Positions 38,667 through 52,075 of a stretch of 64,000 nucleotides of DNA are shown here, piece after piece; the first letter of the stretch is position 1, and each line of letters begins with the position of its first letter. The translations under genes and the position numbers were made by a program. Source of the DNA: Octopus sinensis (Eukaryota); NCBI RefSeq assembly GCF_006345805.1, contig NC_043008.1, positions 52,452,001 to 52,516,000 of the forward strand. The letters run 5' to 3'. Below the pieces are notes generated by a model that saw nothing but the letters and a program-made list of their open reading frames with translations, searched no databases and was not told where the DNA came from.

Positions 38667-39786
38667 ATCTTCATTATCATTATCATCATCACCATCATCT
38701 TTTAACATCCATTTTCCATACAGGTATAGGTTGAATGGTTTGACAGGAGCTGACCAGCTGAAGAGTTGTATATGTAGATATTGATATGTATAAACATCTG
38801 TATAAATATATATATACATGTCTAATATATACATATGTATACATCTTCACATATTTTCTTCTACTACTAAGCACTGACCTGTTCAACCACCTAATATATA
38901 GTCCTAAATTCTTCATTCCATACTACTACCCCTCTGTCTGTTCCATCACTTAGACTCTATCACTACATAACTGACACTCCTTTACCTTTTACATTATTAT
39001 ACCTCTCTCTCTCTCTATCACCTCCATTCCTTCTATCTTTTTACATTCTAATACCTTTCTCCCTCTCTCACCCTCATCTCTCCATTCCTACTTTCAAATT
39101 ATCTTGGACTGACCACTAACTGGTACACTTTCCTTTATTATCTCTCTCCTTGTTTTTCTTTTTCCTTTTTTCTTTCTTTTCCTTATTCCTCTCTTCCTGT
39201 TTTTTTTCTTTTTTTTCTTTATTCTTCTCTTCCTGTTTTCGATTTGACCTTACAAATACATTCACTACTTTTAGGTCACTTTAAATAAAACCCTTGATTC
39301 AATAGCACTGTGTACAAACTCTATACTTGGAACGACCAATTTTAAATACTATTGGATTTTACTCACACGGTATTGGAATCTTATATGTATACCATTCTGC
39401 CTAAATAACAGATCTACAAATGCAATATCCCTGCATATCTCACATCTATTTTCATTCATCCACTTCACTCTCTGTTTCGTATCTTATCTAAATTAACTAT
39501 TGCTTAACCATTTTCTCATACCCTCTCCAATGAAGGGATATAATAAATATCCTGGAAACAGTTGTAAGACCTTCTATTTATAAATGTTCTAAAATCTTCA
39601 CAGCCTTGATTTTTTTATCTCATTCTGAAAAAAATTTTTTATATATACACATGCTGATATATGACCTACGTTGGACTCCTCATTCGCATAATCACCGAAC
39701 CTGGAGCTTAACTGTAGTCTGTCCGTAGCACTTACTCAGCATTACCTGACACCTTTGGGTCTTACTGACACCATTACCTCTCATAA

Positions 39787-39844
<58 letters not shown>

Positions 39845-40947
39845 TGTATGTATGTATGTATGTATGTATGAATGTATGTATGTATGTATATATGCACGTA
39901 AATAAGTAACAGTTAAAGAATTGGTGTCAATTCATTACAGCCGTTTCTAACATCTCCTTTAATTGATTAATGGGTACACTATATCATTATAAAGAAACCG
40001 TTTTCCTCAAATGAATGTATGAACTTGACAATTAATGACATTCCAAATGATTTAACATATTTTAAAATCCATGGAGCAAAACAGTTTCACTGATTCTGCA
40101 ACTATTTCAGTTGACAGAATGGATTTATTAAAACAATGTACATTTAATCAGATCAAAGAAATTTAGAGGTTAGTCAGGTTTTTAGTAGGGGTGGGAAAGG
40201 AATAAGTGACCTCCAGTGACCCAATTATCCCCACTTCTAACAATAGAGAAAGCTGTGGTACCATTTTCTGGGATTTATCTATCAAGGAGTTGCTTATTGT
40301 CTACTGATAAGTGGTAAGAAAATGATTTGTGGTCAGATCAACCCTTTCGTTACTGTATTTATTTTGAGATGCTCTGTGTTTCTTTCAATTATTTTAAATA
40401 TAACAAAGAATTTAGTAAATCAACTTCGTTATCATTAAGCTAGTTTTAGGAACATAAATTTTAACTAAGATTTCGTGGAAGATTTGAATTCAAAACTTAT
40501 GAAAACAAGACATTTATACTAAAGAGCCAGAGCCGGTTTCAGCCAGGTTGGTAATGAAAGGGTTAAATTTTCAAGGTCATTTGTGATGGAACTCATTCAC
40601 AAGCTTTATCTCTACTACTAGACAGGTCAAACGGAAGTAATAGGCAGCCCTGTTAGTTCCCTCTGGCCTGTCTGGTAGTACATACACATACGCACACACA
40701 TACACACATATATGACAGGTTTCTTTCAGTTTCTGTGTACCAAATCTACTCACAAGGCTTTGATTGGACTAAGGCTGTAGTAAAAGATACTTGACCAAGA
40801 TGCCACATGGCAGGACTGAACTCAGAACAATGTGGTTAGGAATTAGGAAGCAAGCTTCTGACCACACAGCTATATTTGCACCTGCACAGCAACACTGGTG
40901 TGTGTGTGTTTGTGTTTGTATATTTTGTATTGTTATAATATATATAT

Positions 40948-41173
40948 ATTGATAAAAATGATAAGACAACAAAAGAATGAAAGACACCTCCATGTTATGT
41001 AAATAGAGGAATTTATCTGTAAATGTAACAGGTGACAATTATTCGGTAGGCATGATAAAACTTCGAGTTATCATGACTACCGAATAATTGTTACATATTA
41101 CATTACAGATAAATTCCTCTGTTTACATAATATGGAGGTGTCTTTCATTCTTTTGTTGTCTTACCATATCTAT

Positions 41174-41177
<4 letters not shown>
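40948..41177. mobile_element. Palindromic foldback element of about 230 bp between (TA)n tracts
   Basis: Arms of about 110 bp (gataagacaacaaaagaatgaaagacacctccat... / ...atggaggtgtctttcattcttttgttgtcttaccat) around a loop of about 9 nt at 41059-41067. Confidence 0.75.
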
Positions 41178-41251
<74 letters not shown>

Positions 41252-41254
41252 TAC

Positions 41255-41285
<31 letters not shown>

Positions 41286-41330
41286 CATATATATATACAT
41301 ACATATATATATACATATATATATATATAA

Positions 41331-41382
<52 letters not shown>

Positions 41383-41387
41383 TATAC

Positions 41388-41434
<47 letters not shown>

Positions 41435-41447
41435 CATATATATATAC

Positions 41448-41496
<49 letters not shown>

Positions 41497-42017
41497 TATA
41501 TATGTATGTATGTACACACACACACACATATATACACATGCATATTGCTAAGACCTATTAAGGCAAGTGAAATCAAAATCAAAATTTCTGACATGGCTGA
41601 TGACAGTACCGCCTGATTGGCACATGTGTCAGTGGAACATTAAAAGCACATACGAGTATGATCATTGCCAGGGCCACAGATTGGCTCCCATTCTGGTGGC
41701 ATGTAAAACGCACCATTCAAATGTGATCGTTGCCAGCGTCACCTTACCGGCACATGTGCTAGTGGCACATGAAAAACAACATTCGAGCATGGTCGTTGCC
41801 AGTGCCACCTTTTGAGCATGGTTGTTGCCAGAACTGCCTGACTGGCCCTCATGCCGGTGGCACGTAAAAGCACCCACTACACTCTTGGAGTGGTTGGCAT
41901 TAGGAAGGGCATCAAGCTGTAGAAACCCTGCCAGATCAGACTGGAGCCTGGTGCAGCCTTCTGTCTCACCAGTCCTCAGTCAAACCGTCCAACCTATGGC
42001 AGCATGGAAAGCGGACC

Positions 42018-42246
42018 TTAGAGCTGGCAGAATTGTTAGCACGCCAGGCAAAATGCTTAGCAGTATTTCGTCTGCCGTAACGTTGTGAGTTCAAATTCCT
42101 CTGAGGTCGACTTTACCTTTCATCCTTTCGGGATTGATAAATTAAGTACCAGTTACGCACTGGGGTTGATATAATTGACTTAATACCTATGTCTGTCCTT
42201 GTTTGTCCCATCTATGTTTAGCCCCTTGTGGGTAGTAAAGAAATAG
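42018..42246 (+). mobile_element. SINE family B (about 230 bp); other copies at about 3063-3280(-), 8344-8570(+), 18420-18648(-), 28862-29033(+), 32633-32845(-), 34395-34618(+), 36225-36410(-), 56885-57120(+), 58885-59098(-)
   Basis: Recurrent gagctggcagaa.cgttagcacgcc.ggcgaaatgcttag...gagttcaaattccgccgaggtcgactttgcctttcatcctttcggggtcgataa...tttagccccttgtggg. Confidence 0.85.
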
Positions 42247-42690
42247 TTAAATGACGATGATGATGATGATCATCATCATCATAAGTAGATCTCTAAAAGT
42301 TAGAGCAGTAATATATTTACATGATGACTAGCCAGACCTCAATGGCTGCAGCCATTGAGGTATGATGAGTCATCTATAAAACTAAACGCTTTATGGATGC
42401 AAAAGCATTGGTCACTCTATTTCCAGGTGTATATCTAACTTCATGTAAATATATATATATATGCATATATTAGGTTATGTATAAAATTAAAGTTTAGAAA
42501 GGAGACTTTAAAATGTAGCATCGAAACTTTTATTTGGAAATGTCCCTAGCAGTGCGCCTTGAGTGCACATTCAGTACATACATCTACCAAGCGCCATCTG
42601 TGGTACTGCACTTTAGTTGCAGGATCTATGTAAGGAATTCCTCATTGCACATTTAGTATATTTTTAAACAATTGATAGGGAAAATATATG

Positions 42691-42741
<51 letters not shown>

Positions 42742-43388
42742 ACACACACACACACATTCACACACATTTCATACATATATCATCATCATTTTAACATCCA
42801 ATTTTCAGTTTGCATGGGTTGGAAGTGGTATTTCATTGAGGCAAATTTTCTTCTCGATGCCCCTCCTGTTGGCAATGCTTACCACCTGTTTCCAAACAAG
42901 GTTATGTAACCCCCATGGCCAGATATATTCTTGCAGTGTTGGAAATATTGGAAATAAATTGTGCCACTTGTTTAACAGTGACACTCATTTACAGCTCTTA
43001 CATGATGTCAAGACAAGGAGATCCAAACACACACATTTATGGTCAAACTACAAACATACACACACACATATGCAATAAGCTTCTTTCAGTTTCCATCAAC
43101 CAAATGTACTAACAAGACTTTCATATATACATTATATATATATATATACATATTTGATATATACACACACACATATATGTATATGCATATTTAATACATA
43201 TGTATACGAGGGTATATGATACATACACAAAATCACATGTGTTTTTATATTTCAACAATACATACATACAAACACATACAAACATATATACATACATACA
43301 TACATACATACATACATACATACATACATACATACACACACACATACATACATACATACATACATACACACACACATACATACATACA

Positions 43389-43422
<34 letters not shown>

Positions 43423-44539
43423 CATACATACATACATACATACATACACACACACATACATACATACATACATACATACATACACACACATACATACATA
43501 CATACATACATACATACATACATACATACACACATACATTACATACATACACACATACATACATACAAACATACATACATACATACATACATACATACAT
43601 ACATTACATACGTATGTATGTATGAATATATGTATGTGTGTATATATAAATATCATCTCTCTCCAGATTTCAAGTAGAAATGTTAAACCGTTCAATGACA
43701 TAAACTCCAACCCAGCAGAAATGAACAATTCCCCAGTTATTGAGAATAACAAAACATAACCAAAGAGCAAAAAAAAAAAAAGAAACAAAGATGCTTCAGT
43801 GCGTCCACCTGGGTATATGAAACATTTCTTATTCCAAATGATCTAAAAATTGGCAAACTACCATGTTGTCTACCCAAATGGAAAGAATTCATCACACACC
43901 ATCTGCATTTGGTTGAGAATACCATTCAATTATTAACTGCTATGAAACATTCAATATGTCACAGCATTGAAATGAATAGGTTTTTAATAATTGATTTAAC
44001 TTGATTTCCATTTTTTTCTTCTTTTTTTAATAATGTTGGAGCAGAGCAGAAGAAAACAAATCTTGCACAAGGAACTTGAAATTATTGCTTTTATACGGAT
44101 TTGAAACAAGAACTTTGCAATCACTTAGATAAGAAGAGGGAGAAAAACACCATGCTTCAAAGAATAATTTAAAAAGAAAGAAAGTACATTTTATCTTCTT
44201 ACCTGTTTCAGTCATTGGACCGTGGCCAAACTGGGGCACTGCCTCAAAAGGTCTTAGTTGAACAGATCAACCTCAGAACCTACTTTTGAAAAGTCTGGTA
44301 CGTACTTTATTGGTATCTTTTGTCAAACTGCTAAGTTATGGGGATGCAAGCAGACTCCAGATGCAGAGCAGTGGAGGTGGGGATAAATGCAAACACACAC
44401 ACAGATATTTAAATGTTTATCTATATACATACATACATACATACATACTCGCTGTGCTTAAGGAGACCTGTTGAGTCAAGTACATGAACATGAACGTCGA
44501 AATAAATATCAATGGAAATAGTAGTTGTGATGCCTGTGC

Positions 44540-46720
44540 TGGTGGCACATAAAAAGCACTATCCAAACGTGGCCGATGCCAGCGCCGCCCTGACTGGCTC
44601 CTGTGCCGGTGGCACATAAAAAGCACCATCCGAACGTGGCCGATGCCAGCGCCGCCCCGACTGGCTTCTGTGCCGGTGGCACATAAAAAGCACCATCCGA
44701 ACGTGGCCGATGCCAGCGCCGCCCTGACTGGCTCCTGTGCCGGTGGCACATAAAAAGCACCATCCGAACGTGGCCGATGCCAGCGCCGCCCCGACTGGCT
44801 TCTGTGCCGGTGGCACATAAAAAGCACCATCCGAACGTGGCCGATGCCAGCGCCGCCCCGACTGGCTTCTGTGCCGGTGGCACATAAAAAGCACCATCCG
44901 AACGTGGCCGATGCCAGCGCCGCCCTGACTGGCTCCTGTGCCGGTGGCACATAAAAAGCACCATCCGAACGTGGCCGATGCCAGCGCCGCCCCGACTGGC
45001 TTCTGTGCCGGTGGCACATAAAAAGCACCATCCGAACGTGGCCGATGCCAGTGCCGCCCCAACAGGCCCCTGTGCCTGTGGCACATAAAAAAGACCATCC
45101 GAACGTTGCCAGCGCCGCCCCGACTGGCTTCTGTGCCGGTGGCACATAAAAAGCACCATCCGAACGTGGCCGATGCCAGCGCCGCCCCGACTGGCTTCTG
45201 TGCCGGTGGCACATAAAAAGCACTATCCGAACGTGGCCGATGCCAGTGCCGCCCCGACTGGCTTCTGTGCCGGTGGCACATAAAAAGCACCATCCGAACG
45301 TGGCCGATGCCAGCACCGCCCCGACTGGCTTCTGTGCCGGTGGCACATAAAAAGCACTATCCGAACGTGGCCGATGCCAGTGCCGCCCCGACTGGCTTCT
45401 GTGCCGGTGGCACATAAAAAGCACCATCCGAACGTGGCCGATGCCAGCGCCGCCCCGACTGGCTTCTGTGCCGGTGGCACATACAAAGCACCATCCGAAC
45501 GTGGCCGATGCCAGCACCGCCCCGACTGGCTTCTGTGCCGGTGGCACATAAAAAGCACTATCCGAACGTGGCCGATGCCAGCCCCGCCCTGACTGGCTTC
45601 TGTGCCGGTGGCACATAAAAAGCACCATCCGAACGTGGCCGATGCCAGTGCCGCCCCGACTGGCTTCTGTGCCGGTGGCACATAAAAAGCACCATCCGAA
45701 CGTGACCGATGCCAGCGCCGCCCTGACTGGCTTCTGTGCCGGTGGCACATAAAAAGCACCATCCGAACGTGGCCGATGCCAGTGCCGCCCTGACTGGCTC
45801 CTGTGCTGGTGGCACATAAAAAGCACTATCCGAACGTGGCCGATGCCAGCGCCGCCCTGACTGGCTTCTGTGCCGGTGGTACATAAAAAGCACCATCCGA
45901 ACGTGGCCGATGCCAGCGCCGCCCTGACTGGCTTCTGTGCCGGTGGCACATAAAAAGCACCATCCGAACGTGGCCGATGCCAGTGCCGCCCCGACTGGCT
46001 TCTGTGCCGGTGGCACATAAAAAGCACCATCCGAACGTGGCCGATGCCAGCGCCGCCCTGACTGGCTTCTGTGCCGGTGGCACATAAAAAGCACCATCCG
46101 AACGTGGCCGATGCCAGTGCCGCCCTGACTGGCTCCTGTGCTGGTGGCACATAAAAAGCACTATCCGAACGTGGCCGATGCCAGCGCCGCCCTGACTGGC
46201 TTCTGTGCCGGTGGCACATAAAAAGCACCATCCGAACGTGGCCGATGCCAGCGCCGCCCTGACTGGCTCCTGTGCTGGTGGCACATAAAAAGCACTATCC
46301 GAACGTGGCCGATGTCAGCGCCGCCCCGACTGGCTTCTGTGCCGGTGGCACATAAAAAGCACCATCCGAACGTGGCCGATGCCAGTGCCGCCCTGACTGG
46401 CTCCTGTGCTGGTGGCACATAAAAAGCACTATCCGAACGTGGCCGATGTCAGCGCCGCCCCGACTGGCTTCTGTGCCGGTGGCACATAAAAAGCACCATC
46501 CGAACGTGGCCGATGCCAGTGCCGCCCTGACTGGCTCCTGTGCTGGTGGCACATAAAAAGCACTATCCGAACGTGGCCGATGTCAGCGCCGCCCCGACTG
46601 GCTTCTGTGCCGGTGGCACATAAAAAGCACCATCCGAACGTGGCCGATGCCAGTGCCGCCCTGACTGGCTCCTGTGCCGGTGGCACATAAAAAGACCATC
46701 CGAACGTTGCCAGCTCTGCC
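44540..46720. repeat. GC-rich minisatellite, 67-bp unit, about 32 copies
   Basis: Unit catccgaacgtggccgatgccagcgccgccccgactggcttctgtgccggtggcacataaaaagcac. Period measured from positions 44761, 44828 and 44895. Confidence 0.97.
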
Positions 46721-48809
46721 TTGGCTGGCTTCCATGCCGCTGGCATGTTAAAAGCTCCAACCGATCGTGACCGATGCCGGACCCCCCCCCTGGCACCTGT
46801 GCAGGTGGCACGTAAAAAGCACCCACTACACTCGCGGAGTGGATGGCGTTAGGAAGGGCATCCAGCCGTAGAAACTCTGCCAGATCAGACTGGAGCCTGG
46901 AGCAGCCCCTGGCTTCCCAGACCCCGGTCGAACCGTCCAACCCGTGCTAGCGCGGAAAACGGACGTTAAACGATGATGATGATGATGATGATGATGATTA
47001 TATATAAAGACACCCTTTGCTCACAAATGACCATGGGATTGCACCTAGAAAGCTCCTCACCAAGGCACAAGTCCAGGCAAGGTTGTTTATGGAAGCCCAG
47101 CAGATGCCCATGCATACCAGTCTCCTCTCTCCGTGCCACTGATGTTATTCAAGGATAGAGTAAAGACCGATACAGTTTGCAACTCATTTCTACAACTTGA
47201 AATAACTACATAGAAGTGGGGCAAAATGAGTTATTATCAATTTCCTATAATTTTCCTACTATTTGTCTGAAATCATTACATTGCAAGTATTACATCTCCG
47301 TTTTCTCCTCTTGCATCATCTTTGGGAGTAAACATCGGCCACCATTGTTGTTGTTGAAGCAGTTTGAAACCATCAAGAAATTCGAGAAATTTCCCCTCAA
47401 CTTTGATCTAATTGTAATTGAGGTTGCTAATAAAATATCTAGACAATTTTGGATGTTCAACAACCCAAATTCTTTCCTCTGTTGGGTTCCAAGTCAATTT
47501 TTTCTCGCACTAATGTCTAATTTGATAATTTTCAATTTCCAAAAACTGGTGTCTAAACTGGGGCAAAATGAGTAATGACTAATTTCAATAATTTCTTCTC
47601 TTTAATTGCATGGTTCGTAACTGTATAAGGAAGAGAGCCAGGTAGAATTCTGTTTTAAGTACACCACATAACATCTCATAACTTTTTCTAGATTTTGGAA
47701 TTTTCAGAAAACTTTTTGCTAATTTGTATTCTATACATGGGAATTCATACAACTATGTAAAAATTAGTTTTTGTGTCTGATTTAAGGGATATCTAACTGT
47801 TATCTTTAGCACATCTCATGACCACTTGACACCCTGCTTGTTTCTTTGTCACCCTTACATATTGATGTTTTTCAATATCTTTATCTCCATAAACATGTTT
47901 AATGGTCTGTTACTGGGATTGAAGTCAAAATTTAGGACAGTTTGTAATTAAAAAAAAAAAAGATTATTTAGAGTGGCTGTGTGGTAAGTAACTTGCTTAC
48001 CAACCACATGGTTCCAGGTTCAGTCCCACTGCATGGCACTTTGGGCAAATGTCTTCTACTATATAGTCTTGGCCCAACCAAAGCCTTGTGAGTGGATTTG
48101 GTAGACGGAAACTGAAAGAAACCCGTCATATATATGTATATGTGTGTGTTGTGTGTGTATGTATGTGTGTGTTTGTGTGTCGGTGTTTATCCCCCAACAT
48201 CACTTGACAACCGATGCTGGTATGTTTATGTCCCCGAAACTTAGTGGTTCAGCAAAAGTGACCAATAGAATAGGTACTGGGGTCGATTTGCTCGACTAAA
48301 GGTGGTGCTCCAGCATGGCCACAGTCAAATGACTGAAACAAGTAAGAGTAAAGAGAGAGTATGAATCCTCATGTTCTTTTAGAATTCCAAAAAATAAAAA
48401 AATTGAGGGGTTATATGAATGCTCAAACCAGAATTCTGCAGAAAACCACTCCAGCAGAATATTTTTTTGATTTAGTCAAGTTTCGTTAATTTCATATTAT
48501 GCCATTTTTCCACGATTCCCTTTCATCTGACCTAGATATTGATGTGTATGAATTTTTTTCAAATGTAATTCTGGAGAATTGAAGAGGCAAATTTACTTTA
48601 TCTTTTCTTTCTCATTTTGACCCATTTAAATTTGTCTTTTATATGCTCAAAGAGAACAGAGGTAATTTTCTGAAATAGTGTTCTGAATATGTTATAGTGG
48701 TTTTTAATGCTTTTAGAGAAGGTCATTTGCTTAGCTGATGTAGCTTTTGTTAGATAGTGAACATCTATGAAAATATTATTTCCTAACAGTAAAAAAATGT
48801 AGTAAATGT

Positions 48810-49575
48810 TACTCATTGTGCCCCACCAGACTTTACTGGAAACAAGAAAAACAGGCTTTCAGAATATTACTTATTATTATGGCAACAAAGTCTATCTGCT
48901 ACAGTTCTCAGTCCATCATCACTGCTTCAAAATCCTGGATGTATTCGAGGCCAGTGTCTGCAATTAAGTTGTTGATGTGTGACAATGTTTCCTTCTGCTT
49001 ACATCACCATGAAGTGGATTCCACAAGACTAATTTGGATGCTCCCAGCTTATGATGGCACACAGTCACAGCCGTCTGTGTGTGACCTTCTTGCTGATCTT
49101 CGGCAGGTCTCTGTAGAGGCAATTCATTTGTCATGTGTTGCTGCCATTTCACATTTAGAGCCATCTTAGCTAATAGGTCCACATTTCATTGCCATATAAC
49201 AACACTGATTCAACAGGTGCAATGAACAGCTTCATTTTGACTTGCCTGAGCAATTGAGTGTTCCAGATTTTCTTCAGTTTGTGACAAGGCCGTTCATGCT
49301 TGTGCCTTCCTGATCTTGGTGTCTGCTTCCAAACTGCTCACCCAACCACTTAAGTACTTGAAGTCTTCAGCAACATTCAATTTGGAACCATTCAGAACAA
49401 GCAGATCAGTTTCATTTGATTGGTTGAAAGACATGTACTCCGTTTTCTTGGCATTTGTGTACAGTCTTATCTTTACAGCTAATGCTTCTAATCTGTTGAG
49501 CTTGATCTATTAGATATGAGTGATCTATTAGATAAGAGTGCTGTATCATCTGCGAAGTCCAAGTCTGTGATGGTT
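48810..49575 (-). mobile_element. RTE-clade LINE, RT C-terminal fragment
   Basis: Decayed (D)F(A)DD region, then LE..A..I.L..N.KKTEYM...EDFKYLSGWV and ..GASKLVLWNPLHG. Confidence 0.7.
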
Positions 49576-50565
49576 ACTGCTGGCATTTTCCCTGATCATT
49601 GCATAATTCAATACAATAACAAACATATGGTGCAAGTGTATCTCCTTACTGGCACATGTGCCGGTGGCACATGAAAAACAACATTCGAGTGTGGTCGTTG
49701 CCAGTGCCACCAGACTGGCTCCCATGCAGGTAGCATGTAAAAAACACCTTTTGAGCATGGTTGTTGCCAGAACTGCCTGACTGGCCCTTGTGCCAGTGAC
49801 ACGTAAAAGCACCCACTACACTCTTGGAGTGGTTGGCATTAGGAAGGGCATTGAGCTGTAGAAACACTGCCAGATCAGACTGGGGCCTGGTGCAGCCTTC
49901 TGTCTCACCAGTCCTTAGTCAAATCGTCCAACCCATGGCAACATGGAAAGCGGACGTTAAATGACGATGATGATCATCATCATCAACATCATCATAAGTA
50001 GGTCTCTAAAAGTTAGAGCAGTAATATATTTACATGATGACTAGCCAGACCTCAATGACTGCAGAGAATTCAGAGTGCCAAAAATTGACCGAAAGGAAAA
50101 AGATGCTGGCTCTGATGAAATTCCCCCTCATACTTTGGCATAAAATTCCATGATCATTGATTCCTATAGATTTGGTACATGAAAACAGAGAAAAATTTGT
50201 TGTGGAAAATTATATATAAGGAGCATAAGCAGTATGTTCAAAAACACTTTTCATACCCTTTTTATTCTTAGGATAAACTATTCAATCAATGAAATACTAC
50301 AGAAGACTGAGAAATTGAGTAAAAAGCCAAATATTGTCAATGTATTTGTATACTCTTTCTTTTATTCTTTTACTTGTTTCAGTCATTTGACTGGGCCATG
50401 CTGAAGCACCGCCTTTAATCAAGCAACTCGACCCCGGGACTTATTCTTTTGTAAGCCCAGTACTTATTCTATCAGTCTCTTTTGCAGAACAGCTAAGTAA
50501 CAGGGACATAAACACACCAGCATCGGTTGTCAAGCAATGCTAGGGGGACAAACACAGACACACAA

Positions 50566-50596
<31 letters not shown>

Positions 50597-51604
50597 CGAC
50601 AGGCTTCTTTCAGTTTCTGTCTACCAAATTTACTCACAAGGCTTTGGTCAGCCTGAGGCTATAGTAGAAGACACTTGCCCAAGGTGCCACGCAGTGGGAC
50701 TGAACTCGGAACAAGCTACTTACCACACAGCCACTCCTATGTCTATCTTGAAAGTCTTAGAAGGACGTTTTTTTGTCATTGATATCAATAAACGATACTT
50801 GTATGATGTGATACTTAACTGATCACCAATTGATGTAATCTGCTGTCTACACTTGTAGAATAACAAAATCCTTTTTTATTAGTTTATTACCTTTATTCTG
50901 AAAAGTGATTTTAACAAGGTATATACTTTTCCTCTTTGTTGCTATTCTTGAAGTAGCATCTTGCACCCCCAAGTGTGTGAACACCCAGGTGGTAAGATCC
51001 CAGCACAGAAATACCCCTTTTTTTATTGTTATTAGTCATGTTGCTTATCCCCAGATTATTTCTCTGATTGAGCTGATTCAATGGCATTTCAGTTATAACC
51101 CTATATCTAGAATGTGGTTCAAAGGAAATTTTTCTACTATTTCTGTTTGTCTTTCTGTACATACATGTCCAAACAAATACACATAAAATACACACTGTGT
51201 TTATTCATGTATAACTAAAACCACACAACAATGCTAAATACATACACTTATGAAAGAAGTAAGCAAACAATGTCGATATGCTGTTCAGTATGGTAACTGA
51301 GTGCAATCTTGACCTTGATAAACCTTTGTGATTAATGCAGGCCAGACAGCATGGAGGATGGCTGTTAAACAATGATGATGGTGATAACGCATCATCGCAC
51401 AGGCATACATGATTGCACATGTGGATGTGGTGTGTGTATGGGTGTTGTTATTGTTATATGCACCCGCTCAGACATGCAGTGGCCCAGGAACAAAATTTTC
51501 TTAGTGGGTGCAAACCCAGATCCAAATTTTTTAATGAAAAATGTGGATTTTTTCAATGACAACATTAAAACAAGCGCAGGTATAATAATAATTTTTATTA
51601 TTAT

Positions 51605-52075
51605 GAAGGTTGGCTGAAATGTTCATAGGCTGAGCAAGACACTCTCATGGAATGTGACCAAATGAAGTTCATTTTTTAATGTAGATCCTCTTACTGTGGA
51701 CTTGTGAAGAAGCTATTCTATTGGTCAAAATGGTCATCACTAGTAGATAAGATGTCATCATCACAGCAATACTGGTGTCCAACTGAGTGTTTTTCCATGT
51801 TGGGAAACAGATGATAATCAGACGGAACCAAATCATTAACATAGGGAGGGTGATCAACCAGTTCAAAGCCAGTCACACACAGCAGCCATTGAAACCAAAG
51901 ATTTGTGAGCTGAAGCATTGTCTTAATGAAACAAGACCCCATTCATCAGTTTTTCTGAGTGTTTGGTCTCGATAGCCTTTCATAACTGCCTTAGCAAGTT
52001 AGCATTGAACTGTCCATTGATGGTGTGATCATTTTGAAGATAGTCAATAAACACAATATTTTTTGCATTGACAAT
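51605..52075 (-). mobile_element. Mariner-type transposase 3' fragment with degenerate terminal inverted repeat
   Basis: VFIDYLQNDHTING...LLRQL*KAI...VLFH*DNASAHKS...GFELVDHPPYVNDLVPSDYHLFPNMEKH is a degenerate HPPYSPDLAPSD motif. A TIR-like gaaggttggctgaaatgttc lies near 51606. Confidence 0.85.

Noticed and set aside
44540-46720. CRISPR-like array (also 26890-27655 and 63322-64000)
   Set aside because: Units are head-to-tail with no unique spacers, there are no cas genes, and the context is eukaryotic.
44417-46940. 604-aa and overlapping long ORFs as a protein-coding gene
   Set aside because: Entirely explained by a 67-bp tandem repeat that lacks stop codons. No splice signals, no domain motifs, and open in all three frames.
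47216-47575. 119-aa ORF between 15-bp direct repeats (tggggcaaaatgagt at 47217 and 47559)
   Set aside because: The ORF has no recognisable motifs. It is probably subterminal repeats of a decayed DNA transposon, but I could not support a family call.
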